DNA of 62,909 nt, counting the filler, from Octopus bimaculoides (Eukaryota), in NCBI RefSeq assembly GCF_001194135.2. It is 8 parts of 8 records of this genome, joined end to end, with 100 filler letters (N's around TTAATTAATTAA, not from the genome) between each part and the next. Parts side by side here need not be neighbours in the genome. Positions count along the whole stretch, not along the records: positions 39,614 to 54,483 come from NC_068981.1; positions 54,584 to 57,565 come from NC_068996.1; positions 57,666 to 60,434 come from NW_026306480.1; positions 60,535 to 62,909 come from NC_068987.1; 4 more parts are not named here. One strand, written 5' to 3'. Position numbers and translations under genes: made by a program. Shown here one piece after another: positions 50,886 to 62,909 of this stretch (position 1 is its first letter; each line of letters opens with the position of its first letter). The notes under the pieces were generated by a model. It saw nothing but the letters and a program-made list of their open reading frames with translations, did no database searches and had not been told where the DNA came from.

Positions 50886-50927
50886 TTTGTCTTATAGTTT
50901 CAAGTTGAACAACTCTCATCAGACAAA
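50886..50927 (-). ncRNA. Degenerate hammerhead motif
   Basis: Minus strand: TTTGT CTGATGA GAGTTG tt CAACTT GAAAC TATAAG ACAAA; the NUH site is damaged. Confidence 0.45.
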
Positions 50928-51049
50928 TTGTGAAAATTGTACTCACGGTTATCGGCAAATAAGTTTAGAGATAATATTTTAATTTTATTTTCTTGAGGAT
51001 AATATGTACTGCCTCTGCGCCAGATATGATCCCAGACAAAATATTATTT

Positions 51050-51260
51050 TCTACTCTTGGTTCAAGGCCCGAAAGTTTTGGAGAGTGGGGCCAGTCGATT
51101 AGATCGACCCCAGTATGCAACTGGTACTTAATTTATCGACCTCGAAAGGATAAAATGCAAAGTCAACCTCGGCGGAATTTGAACTCAGAACGTAAAGACA
51201 GACGAAATACTGCTAAGCATTTCGCCCGGCGTGCTAACGTTTCTGCCAGCTCGCCGCCTT
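51050..51260 (-). mobile_element. S2 SINE copy
   Basis: Match to S2 reverse complement. Confidence 0.85.
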
Positions 51261-52892
51261 ATCCCAGACAAAATATTAAACTGCAATCGGAAGAGCTTTA
51301 TAGAGTGTAGAGTTATATCAATGAACCCACGACTCTCTGCTCAGCTCTGAACAGGAATAGTACTACCTAACAAAAATTCCTCTTGTGGGTCAAGTAGAAA
51401 ACAATCTTATGTTTAATGCATACAGGGCTCGGGGAAGGTTGGCTCCTAGATATGCTCGAGGATTGAATAGGATCTGTGCATCAAAGTTAAGTACTTGAAG
51501 GCAGGAGACTAGCACAGTGAACTGCAAATAAACCGGAGGAAACAACGGGAATCCTGTGATGTCTATCTCTCCCATCACGCTCGCGCGCGCGCACACACTC
51601 ACACACACACACACAACATGAATTTTAAGACTTATAATCACTGATACCTGAAAAGCAGGTATAGCACATAAAGTGTGAAGTAATGTGCATATGCATACAC
51701 GTGTGCTAAATATTTGAGTATATTCTGCAAGAAGACTGACATGCTGTCAAAGAATTGAGAGATAAGTTTTTCAGGGATATATTTTACTCTATCCTTTCTA
51801 CTTATTGATACTGGAGAGAAACTGGTGTCTGTTGATTAAAGTAACATATCGGCTGAAAATGTTAAGATATAAAATTACAGGTAGATTTTTAAATGAAAGT
51901 AATAAGTTTAGTTTGAAGTAATGGATCTGTGTAGGTGGTACCTTTGAAGTTAGATGTAGAGTTCAAGTATGAATTAGGATTGAATACGTAATAAGGAAAA
52001 TGGGTATATTAGTGTGGGAAGAAATCTCTCATCAACTGATAAAAAATATACTAATATCTAAATATATTTTACTCTAAAAATAAATTCTTAAAAACAGTAT
52101 TTTTAAAATTGCAAACTAAGCAGTTGTCTTATTAACGTGGGTTTGGATTGATTTTCCGCCTTTTCTAATCTTGGAATGTTGATGGTCTCCTAAGTAGACA
52201 GAGGAGTATTGTTCGCTAAATGTCATGTGCAGAAGATCGCAGTTTTAATGATGAAACCTTTTGTCTAGTAGTGTCATATTGATACCAATTTCCATAGTGA
52301 ACAACGTCACAAGGAAATATTATTACTTAAAAAAAGAACAACTGGATAATTTTGTTTTAATTAATTTCAAATCTACCCATTTACGGATATCCGCCTTCGA
52401 GCGGATGTTACAGTAATATGAACCGACAGTTACAGCTGCAAAATGAAAACTGAAATGTTCTGAGAAATTTATTAGCTTTTATTCTTTCTTTTATGCACTA
52501 TTAAAAAATGACGCAGTTGTTTTTGCCTGAAAACATCTCTTTATTTACTGCTTTACCTTAAGCCGATGATTAATGTACCACCGATGAATTGACATTTCTC
52601 AAAAACAGATTTTCACTCAATCTATGTTTTCTAATTAGGTAGTTGGTAATCAGAGAAATCCCAGACTGCTTATTAAGAGCTAGATACGTGAAGGCATCTG
52701 TGACGAATGAAAATGAAGGCATCTGTGTTGAATGAAAATGTTTAGTTAGGTGACAAAATAGTTATCTACGTGAAAAACAGGAATACATATTTAGGTAGGA
52801 TATTAAAGTATAACATTTCAAAACAATAGCAAAATACAAACCAATATATTCATTAAGATTCCAGCGAAGGCTAATTTTTGAACATAAATTGT

Positions 52893-52972
52893 CTTATTAA
52901 CCTATTTTCTATTAACTTATTTTCTTATTAACTTATTTTCTTATTAACTTATTTTCCTATTAACTTATTTTC
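52893..52972. repeat. 16-bp tandem repeat, about 5 copies (ttattaacttattttc)
   Basis: Directly visible. Confidence 0.85.
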
Positions 52973-53176
52973 TTTGTTCTCGAACTAGACGCTGATATAT
53001 CTATCTTTCATTCCTCCGGGGTCGACAGCATAGAGTCAAGTAGTGCGGTCGATATAATCGACGAACTATCTACCTCAAAAATGTTAGATTTTTGCTTAAA
53101 TCACAAAACTATTATGGCATATCATGCCACAATAAAAGAAATTTAGCTTGTAACAGATGTTTGAAAAAATACTGAA

Positions 53177-53372
53177 TACCGTATTTCCCGGTATAGTCGA
53201 ATTTTTCAGAGCAAAATTCACAGCCCCAAAAAGCAGGCCGACTTATATACCAAAATGACTTTAGAAGACCAAAAATTTCATATGAAATGCAGCAGGATTT
53301 GCAAAGATAGTGACAATATTTGAATGCTTACACTACATGTTTACATCATATATTACACCGGAAAATACGGTT
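53177..53372. mobile_element. pogo/Tigger-like MITE
   Basis: Ends taccgtatttcccgg and ccggaaaatacggt; no coding capacity. Confidence 0.6.
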
Positions 53373-53647
53373 AGTATTTTCTCAGCCAGAATGAATGAAG
53401 TGATTGGACAGAAATGTAATTTGTAAAAAAGAGATAAAAAGAACAATTTTTGTCCAATCAATTCCTTCCTTTCGATTTAGAAAACACTAAACGTATTTCC
53501 TGCTGTAATGTAAAATTTAAATAGATAATGTCAACATTCAAACATTTATCTTGTTAAAAATTACATGTTGTGGTCGCTTACTTTTTACGAACATAGCAAA
53601 CCTTAAGTTTACGAACAAATAAGTTCAATTACAGAGCTAATGTAATT

Positions 53648-53739
<92 letters not shown>

Positions 53740-53784
53740 ACCCTCTCTCTCCATATATATATATATATATATGTATATCCATAT

Positions 53785-54148
53785 AGGCGCAGGAATGGAT
53801 GTGTGGTAAGTAGCTTGCTTACCAACCACATGTTTTCGGGTTCAGTCCCACTGTGTGGCAACTTGGGCAAGTGTCTTCTACTATAGCCTCGGGCCGATCA
53901 AAGCCTTGTTAGTGGATTTGGGAGACGGAAACTGAAAGAAGCCCGTCGTATATATATATGTGTGTGTGTGTATGTGTTTGTGGGTCTGTGTTTGACAACT
54001 GATGTTGGTGTGTTTACACAAAAGAGACCGATAGAATAAGTACTAGGCTTACAAAGCATAAGTTCTGGGGTCGATTTGTTCGACTAAAGGCGGTGCTCCA
54101 CCATGGCCGCAGTCAAATGACTGAGACAAATGAAAGAATAAAAATAAG
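53785..54148 (+). mobile_element. S3 SINE copy
   Basis: Match to S3. Confidence 0.88.
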
Positions 54149-54583
54149 AAATATATATATATAAATATCTAACAATCCTTAGGTTAGAAAGATCAGGGAC
54201 TAAGTGTGTATGTTAATTTTTATGCAATACAGTATTATAGAACCATTTCAGCCGATATTATCGATTGGTTCTGTTCCGGAATTAGGTAATTGGATGTTTG
54301 CCTAACACTGCGCTCGTCCGAGTAGCTGATGTGCAAGTAATGGCCCACTTTTTCAATAGTAGCCACTATCACAAACGAAGTGTTAGGCAATCACCCAACT
54401 ACTTAAAACCTCTGCAAAACCGATTGATAAGACCCGCTGGAATGAATCTATAATACAATATATACTACAAAGATTTATATATANNNNNNNNNNNNNNNNN
54501 NNNNNNNNNNNNNNNNNNNNNNNNNNNTTAATTAATTAANNNNNNNNNNNNNNNNNNNNNNNNNNNNNNNNNNNNNNNNNNNN

Positions 54584-54638
<55 letters not shown>

Positions 54639-55084
54639 GTATGCATGTATGTATATACTTGTGTGTCTGTGTTTGTCCCTCCACAACCGATGCTGGCGTC
54701 TTTATGTCCCCGTAAACTAACGGTTTGGCAAATAGACACCGAAAAGTAAGTACTAAAAAGCGGTGCTCCAGCATGGTCACAGTCACAAACACACACACAT
54801 ATATACACACGTGCGCACATTCACATATATCTATATATATGCAAGCGTATATATACATCTCTCAGTTTTGCTATATTTATGATATGTATTTGTTTATCCA
54901 GAAACACACGGGTAAAATGAAATTGACGTAGTAAAATATTGATAAGTCCCACGATATATATGGTGATATTTATAATTTTGCCTGTAGGATCTTGGTGTTT
55001 TGTAAATTATGGTTATATATATGCACATGTGTATCAGAGTTTATACACATATATCTATATAACTATATATCTATATTGATCTTT

Positions 55085-55481
55085 CTTTTATCTTTGTTGT
55101 AATTATTTTAGTCATTTGACTGCGGTCGCTGGGGCATGATCTTGAAAAATATTCAGCGAAATCTTTCGACCCAATACATTTGTATTTTTTGTTGAGCCTG
55201 ATACTTGTTCTATCAGTCTCTTTTGGTGAACCGTAAGCTTACGGAGGACATCAACACACCAACAACGGTTGTCCTGGGATGATGATGGACACCAAGACAC
55301 AGACACAGTCATTCACATTTATACGACGAACTTCTTTCGGTTTGCATCTACCAAATCCACTCAAAAGAATTTGATCGGCCCGAGGGTAAAGTAGATGATA
55401 TTCGACCAAGATGTCATGCAGTGGGACTGAACCCGGAACCATCTCGGTTGTAAGCATCTTGTCATACAGCTCCGCCTGCGC
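55085..55481 (-). mobile_element. Diverged S3 copy
   Basis: Match to S3 reverse complement. Confidence 0.75.
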
Positions 55482-55521
<40 letters not shown>

Positions 55522-55632
55522 GCCCTTTCTAGCTGTACACATACACACACCCACACATGTGCATTCACGCGCACACACACATATATATATATGCACCACA
55601 CACACATACGCACACATAGAAATATGCGCGTA

Positions 55633-55679
<47 letters not shown>

Positions 55680-55843
55680 GTAAAGAAAGTAGAGTTAAAT
55701 GAATGCTGGACAATATTTTGTGAGTGTATTTATTAATAATGACCGCTCATTAATAATCTTAATAATTGAAAACTGTTATAAGCATATAAAATATTCCTAT
55801 TATCGTCTTCTTAATAAAGAAATTTGCACCTGGAGATCTGTTA

Positions 55844-55917
<74 letters not shown>

Positions 55918-56371
55918 TTTACGTGCTTTCACTACACTACCAAGCGTTACTCTTTGTGCCTTGGATATGTGCTGTGGTTTGTTTTGATGTTGTTACTTCA
56001 GCGTATTAAAGTGCTCTACGTAGGATGTGTGTGGCGCCTAGTTGAGTTATTTTGTGTATGTTATATATATGTATATATACGCATGTTCTGCTGTATTTTG
56101 AGTTTTCCTGTTTCTTTTAGAGTAACATTGTTATCTGTTGGGATTGATACGTCGATGAGAATGCATTTTATTTTGACGATCGCTGACAATTATCATCATC
56201 ATCACCATCATCATTAACATTATATTTACCATCCTTGTATAAAAACATGGTAGCTCTGTTGCAAGAAAGAATGTTTTACAGACTTTACATGTTCGCACAC
56301 GCACGCACGCACAAACACAGACACACACACACACGCACACATACTATATGTATATATATATATAGATATAT

Positions 56372-56438
<67 letters not shown>

Positions 56439-56554
56439 TANNNNNNNNNNNNNNNNNNNNNNNNNNNNNNNNNNNNNNNNNNNNNNNNNNNNNNNNNNNN
56501 NNNNNNNNNNNNNNNNNNNNNNNNNNNNNNNATATATATATATATATATATATA

Positions 56555-56703
56555 TACGACGAGCGTCTTTCAGTTTCCATCTACCAAATCTACTAACTAG
56601 GATTTGGTCAGTCCGTGGCTATTGTAGAATACTCTTGCCCAAGGTATCACACATATAGGTACCCGCCTATACATACATACATACATACATACATATACAT
56701 ACA

Positions 56704-56735
<32 letters not shown>

Positions 56736-56992
56736 CAGGAGTGGCTATGTGGTAAGTAGCCTGCTTAGCAACCACATTGTTCCGGGTTCAGTACCACTGC
56801 GTGGCACTTTGGCCGAGTGCCTTTACTATAGCCTCGAGCCGTCCAAAGTCTTGTGAGTGGGTTTGATAGACGGAAACTGAAAGAAGCCCGTCGTATGTAT
56901 GTATGTAGGAGTGGCTGTGTGGTAAGTAGCTAGCTTACCAATCACATGATCCCGGGTTCAGTCCCACTGCGCGGCATCTTGGGCAAGTGTCT
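56555..56992. mobile_element. S3 head fragments: (-) 56555-56650, (+) 56736-56895, (+) 56907-56992
   Basis: Match to the S3 head. Confidence 0.75.
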
Positions 56993-57534
56993 NNNNNNNN
57001 NNNNNNNNNNNNNNNNNNNNNNNNNNNNNNNNNNNNNNNNNNNNNNNNNNNNNNNNNNNNNNNNNNNNNNNNNNNNNNNNNNNNNNNNNNNNTGTATCTG
57101 TATGTGTGTGTGTATTTATGTATATACAGATGTATTTGTGTATATACAGATGTTTCAATACCTGTCAGAACAACTCAGCCGGCGAAATTTCGAAGTCACT
57201 GGTAATAAATTTTCTAATAAAATATTTTACCGCACATATGCATTGAGTTATTTATTCCATCAATTTTCCAATGATTTTTATTTTTTGCATGTACGTACAC
57301 TTAATTTAACTCTATATATATGTTCGTTCTTACATAGATATATTACATAAATGTACACACACACACACACACATACACACATATACATAATTCATACATA
57401 CATAGATAGAGATACGTATGTGCATACAATCAGACACACATTACACGAATGCTTACATACACACATATGTGTATGCATATATATAGATACATGTATACAA
57501 ACATACAAACCTACATTTATAGATATATAATTAT

Positions 57535-57565
<31 letters not shown>

Positions 57566-57665
57566 NNNNNNNNNNNNNNNNNNNNNNNNNNNNNNNNNNN
57601 NNNNNNNNNTTAATTAATTAANNNNNNNNNNNNNNNNNNNNNNNNNNNNNNNNNNNNNNNNNNNN

Positions 57666-57725
<60 letters not shown>

Positions 57726-58119
57726 GAGAGGTTTTGGTATATACAAATATGCGTGTGTGTGTGTGTGTGTGTAAGTAACTACATATATTGAATTTTGTGA
57801 ATTTTTGCCTTACATGAAGTAAGTAAACATTATTGAATAAAATTTATCCGTTAAGCCATATATGTGTCAGGGTTTTAATTTTATTGAGGCCATCCATTGT
57901 TGAAGCGAAACCATAAAAAGGACATTTCTTCACATCTTCTAAAAAGTGACAGCTGGGTCTGTACTCTGAGTAATAACCCAGAAAGGAACAATTGCAAACC
58001 CACACAAAAAGATATGTATACGCAATTTGTGTGTCTGTGTGTCTTCTTTATTCTTTTATTCTTTTGTGTGTTTCAGTCCAAAGGCTGTGGCCATGCTGGG
58101 GCACTGCCAGATTAATCGT

Positions 58120-59765
58120 TTTTCCAATGACCGTTCTTATGCGGTGGGCTTTTGGCGAAGGAGGGTATTTTCCATATTCTTGCCCTCTTTTGAGTTTCTT
58201 GTTGTGATGTAGGTTCATCCGGGGCTCTGGACAGCAGACGGTCAAGCTGTTTCTTGAAAACATCTATGAAAACTCCATGAAGATTCCGCAGACGTTTCGG
58301 CAAGGCATTAAAAAGCTGTGGGCCTTTGAATCCCAAGCTACTGCAGTACATAGTCCTCACCCTAGACAGGGTAGTTGGGACCCTGGACAACAGGGGTCAC
58401 CTTGTTTCTTGAAATCATCTACCCCTATGCCGTGAAGATTCCACAGATATTTCGGCAAGGCATTAAAAAGCTGTGGGCCTTTGAATCCCAAGCTTCTGCG
58501 GTACATGGTCCTCACTCTATAGGGGTAGATGGGACCCTGGACAACAGGGGTCACCTTGTTTCTTGAAATCATCTACCCCTATGCCGTGAAGATTCCGCAG
58601 ATATTTCGGGAAGGCATTAAAAAGCTGTGGGGCTTTGAATCCCAAGCTGCTGCAGTACATGGTCCTCACTCTATAGGGGTAGTCGGGACCTTGGTAAACA
58701 GGGGTCACCTTGTTTCTTGAAAACATCTATCCTACTCCACGAAGGTCTCTCACATTTTGACAATGCATTAAATAGTTGTGAACCCTTGAATCCCAAGCCA
58801 TTGCTGTACACGACCCTCACTCTAAACAGGATAGGTGAGACCTTTGGAATAGTGAAGTGAATTTCAGATACCAAAAATTGGTGTCAGTACCTCCAGGATT
58901 TTCTATACATATTTCATTGCAAACCTCTCTCGTCTTCGCTCCCGGGAGTAGAGTCGTAGCCCTTTCAGTCTCTCCCAGTAGCTCAGCTCTTTCATTGATG
59001 CGATCTTCCTGGTGTATCACTGCTGAACTGTCTCAAGCTCTGCCATTAATTTGTCACTGTGGGATGACCACAACAGAGGACATTACTCCAGATGGCTGAA
59101 TACAAATGACCTCCATAGAACCAGCATAGAGTCCTGGTCCCTTCTTCTGAAAGTTCTCAAAATCTTCCCGGCTGTTCCCCTGTACATTACCACCATCTTG
59201 GTAATATACATATGAAATGAGGCATCGTTGTTCGTATTAATCCCCAGATCAGGCACCGTATGTGACTCAAGGATTGTCGCTCTTTTTGGTCCAAAATATT
59301 GTCGTTGCAGCATGTGAGCACTGGCTTTCTAATAGCGGTGGGCTTAGAATTTTACCTGCACTAAATCACATGTTGTTTTCTTCAGTCCATTTATATATGG
59401 CGTCTAGGTCTTTCGCTAGAAGATTAGCATCGGGATGGAGGGATGTCCTTGACGTTTGCACTACTTAAATGTCGTCAGCATAGCTAGTAAATGTGGCTGT
59501 CTACGTAACTGATAGCAGGAGAACTAAGAGAACCACCGTAAACAGCAGCAGCCCCAATACAGTTCCCTGAGGCACTCCACTATCTATTACAGTCAGCTTG
59601 GAGATAGCTTCAGTGGTTGCCACAGCCTTGCATGTCTTTTTAGAAGTCATGTAACCACTCTTTCTGTTTTCTGGCTATGCCTGGTCTCTGCAGCTGAGGA
59701 CAATCTTATCAAAGTCCTTGATCAATTTTACTTTTACCAAAGGCCTTTGCAAAATCAATATACAT
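58120..59765 (-). mobile_element. Decayed CR1-group LINE (RT and C-terminus) with internal 4x tandem duplication at 58221-58850
   Basis: VYIDFAKAF (about 59740-59765), SGVPQGTVLG, FTSYADD (about 59467-59487), DLGI..NDASFH.YI.K...ILRTF.RRD...LWRSFVFSHLE, SLGFKGPQLFNALPK.LRN. Confidence 0.9.
58221..58850. repeat. Four tandem copies of a 154-155-bp LINE 3' segment
   Basis: gtttcttgaaa at 58249, 58404, 58558 and 58712. Confidence 0.95.
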
Positions 59766-59802
59766 ACATACATACATGTGTGTGTGTGTGTGTGTGTGTG
59801 TA

Positions 59803-60060
59803 GGCGCAATGGCCCAGTGGTTAGGGCAGCGGACTCGCGGTCATAGGACCGCAGTTTCGATTCCCAGACCGGGCGTTGTGAGTGTTTATTGAGCGAAAAC
59901 ACCTAAAAGCTCCACGAGGCTCCGGCAGGGGATGGTGGCGAACCCTGCTGTACTCTTCCACCACAACTTTCTCTCACTCTTACTTCCTGTTTCTGTTGTG
60001 CCTGTAATTCAAAGGGGTCAGCCTTGTCACACTCTGTGTCACGCTGAATATCCCCCGAGA
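59803..60060 (+). mobile_element. 3'-truncated SINE S1 copy
   Basis: Head and body match S1; stops at ...atcccccgaga. Confidence 0.88.
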
Positions 60061-60170
60061 TGCATTCTGATTGTGCACGGTAGAAGCCACTCTTTGAACT
60101 CGTGAGAACACTTAAGTTGAAACGAGTCAACAGCTGGGCCAGGAGGAGGTCACATGACAAATGGACAGAT
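60061..60170 (-). mobile_element. Probable upstream continuation of the CR1-like LINE, separated by a SINE insertion
   Basis: SCDLLLAQLLTRFN resembles the RSCLTQLL..YD motif that precedes D.VYIDF; weak similarity. Confidence 0.35.
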
Positions 60171-60185
60171 CAGCAGTGCTGTAGT

Positions 60186-60247
<62 letters not shown>

Positions 60248-60394
60248 CTTGATTCTAGATCAGCATCGATCTAGTACGTTGTTTTGATCAGAAGTGTTCC
60301 AGCTGTGGCTATCCCTTCTTTTAATCATCAGGCATTGTGTACCTAGGACAACATTAACTAATGTATAATGCAGAAAGTTAGTATTACAAGCTGC

Positions 60395-60434
<40 letters not shown>

Positions 60435-60534
60435 NNNNNNNNNNNNNNNNNNNNNNNNNNNNNNNNNNNNNNNNNNNNTTAATTAATTAANNNNNNNNNN
60501 NNNNNNNNNNNNNNNNNNNNNNNNNNNNNNNNNN

Positions 60535-60863
60535 AAAATTAAATTTCAGCAGGATTTGAACTTAGAGTGCAAAGAAGAAAGCCGGAATGAAACACCGCAA
60601 GTTATTTCATCCAACTCTTTAATTAATGACTCTTATTTCTTTATTGCCCACAAGGGGCTAAACATAGAGGGGACAAACAAGGACAGACAAAGGGATTAAG
60701 TCGATTACATCGACCCCAGTGCGTAACTGGTACTTAATTTATCGACCCCGAAAGGATGAAAGGCAAAATCAACTTCGGCAGAATTTGAACTCAGAACGTA
60801 ACGGCAGACGAAATACCGCTAAGTATTTCACCCGGCGGGCTAATGTTTCTGCCAGCTCACCGC
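60535..60863 (-). mobile_element. S2 copies (one partial, one full)
   Basis: Match to S2 reverse complement. Confidence 0.8.
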
Positions 60864-60896
60864 CTGTACTTCATTGTATATCTGTACTCCTCTATA

Positions 60897-61045
60897 TCAA
60901 TACTCCGCAACCTATTTTCACTCGCGGCACACTTATATTCTTTTCAAATTTCGGCAGCACACCTGAACTAAAAATATCAGAACTCCAGCATCGTCTCGTG
61001 GCACACCAGTGTGCCGCGGCATACCGGTTGCGGCGGAGCACTGCT
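60897..61045. mobile_element. Possible hAT-like MITE relic
   Basis: Subterminal cgtggcacac-ca-gtgtgccgcg hairpin and ...ggttgcggcggagcactg end. Confidence 0.3.
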
Positions 61046-61299
61046 CTATACTGTTGAAAGGCAACTTTTGAATTTAGTAGGATACGAACTTAAAACATAA
61101 CGGTCCGTAACTAGATACCGCTGCAATATTTCGTTATCCGGCACTGGAATGGTTCTACTAATTCATCGAATCTATTCTGATACTACTGATATTTACTCTC
61201 TTCTTTTTTTTCTTTATAGACTGTCTGATTTGAAAGAGACTTAACTGCTATTTCTACCATTTCAAGAAACCACCACCGTTGTTAGACCGTTCTTTTGTT

Positions 61300-61565
61300 C
61301 TGGTTATCGCTGTTGTTGTTGTTGTTGTTGTTTTACCGGCGGACCGTATGTTACAGCTGCTGTTAGCGCTGCTACCGCTGCTGCCGCTGCTGCTGCTACC
61401 GCTGCTGCTGCTGTTGCTGCTGCTGCTACCGCTGCTGCTGCTGCTACCGCTGCTGCTGCTGCTGCTGCTGTTATTATGGTTGTGGTTCCGATATTGCACT
61501 TTGTGATACTGGTGCATTATAGTCAACAGCAATAGCAATAGCGGCAGGTGCTGTTGACGTTGTTC

Positions 61566-61599
<34 letters not shown>

Positions 61600-61727
61600 G
61601 GTTGTTGTTGTTGTTGTTGTTGTTGTTCTTGCTGTCTCCGTAAACGATATTTAGTGCCACCATCTGCACCGACACAACCAGCACAGACCAACTAACCAAC
61701 TAACCAGCCAGCGAACCAACCAGCAAA

Positions 61728-61770
<43 letters not shown>

Positions 61771-62141
61771 NNNNNNNNNNNNNNNNNNNNNNNNNNNNNN
61801 NNNNNNNNNNNNNNNNNNNNNNNNNNNNNNNNNNNNNNNNNNNNNNNNNNNNNNNNNNNNNNNNNNNNNNNNNNNNNNNNNNNNNNNNNNNNNNNNNNNN
61901 NNNNNNNNNNNNNNNNNNNNNNNNNNNNNNNNNNNNNNNNNNNNNNNNNNNNNNNNNNNNNNNNNNNNNNNNNNNNNNNNNNNNNNNNNNNNNNNNNNNN
62001 NNNNNNNNNNNNNNNNNNNNNNNNNNNNNNNNNNNNNNNNNNNNNNNNNNNNNNNNNNNNNNNNNNNNNNNNNNNNNNNNNCTCCTCCTCCTCCTCCTCC
62101 TCCTCCTTCTTCTTCTTCTTCTTCTTCTTCTTCTTCTTCTT

Positions 62142-62179
<38 letters not shown>

Positions 62180-62357
62180 GAACAACAACAACAACAACAA
62201 TAACATCGGCACCGCCCCTTCTACTATTACTACTTCCACAAGCACACCACTGCCGCTACCACCACCACAACCACCAGCACCAGCACCAGCACCACTACCA
62301 GCACCAACACCACCACCGCCACTACTATTACTATTACACTACTGCTGCTGCTGGTGT

Positions 62358-62408
<51 letters not shown>

Positions 62409-62909
62409 ATTAGTTGCAGCGACGACACCATCTACCACCACCCATACTAAGTTCCCAGGACCAATACTCACGAAACACTAGAAATAGCAGCTAAGAGTTC
62501 CCTCGAAATCATTTCCCTACCGGCTTAGAAAAGAAAAGAAAAAAAGAGAGGATGCGCTGGTGATAATGGTAATCTCGGGTTGGAGTGCATTTGGGGAAAA
62601 TAGGACGGGATGGTCACGGGTGGCAGGAATAACTTTGGTGAAAGGTCTGCTCTCCTCGGGGCTTACCCGGGGTCGAAACGACAACAGCAACAGCGGCAAG
62701 GTTTGCAACAAATTGCAAACTGCATCAATTACCGTGTTGATAATTACCACCACCACCACCACCACAACTGTGGAAACCATCAGCATACCACTCCTATACT
62801 ACTGCCGGTACCACTAGCACCACAAACGCCACCGCCGACGCCACGGGCACTCAGACCACCAAAGTTATCACTACCACCACCACCACCACCACGATCACCA
62901 CCACGATCA
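61300..62909. repeat. Trinucleotide and tetranucleotide microsatellite mosaic (GCT, GTT, CCAG, CTC, CTT, CTA, ACC)
   Basis: Directly visible. Confidence 0.9.

Overview
Repeat-saturated, AT-rich eukaryotic genomic DNA; the SINE and microsatellite landscape suggests an octopus/coleoid assembly (inference). Seven 100-bp gaps carrying a TTAATTAATTAA six-frame-stop linker split the window into eight joined pieces, so synteny across them is unproven. The only well-supported host gene is two phase-compatible minus-strand exons of an SLC1A/EAAT-family transporter (10526-10649, 7505-7685); there is also an unidentified exon candidate at 29078-29199. The rest is tRNA-headed SINEs (at least three abundant families), RTE, CR1-like and Penelope retroelement remnants, a mariner relic, MITE/foldback hairpins and microsatellites. 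Nearly all supplied ORFs are repeat artefacts. The most interesting signal is at least six loci with type-I hammerhead-ribozyme motifs in about five unrelated sequence contexts: a Penelope 3' region, a 125-bp tandem unit with a dispersed inverted copy, a tRNA-headed SINE-like chimera and orphan repeats. Most individual copies carry one or two core lesions, so activity would have to be tested on family consensus sequences. Also notable are an RTE insertion with twin-priming geometry and an RTE with a PHD-like finger inside ORF2.
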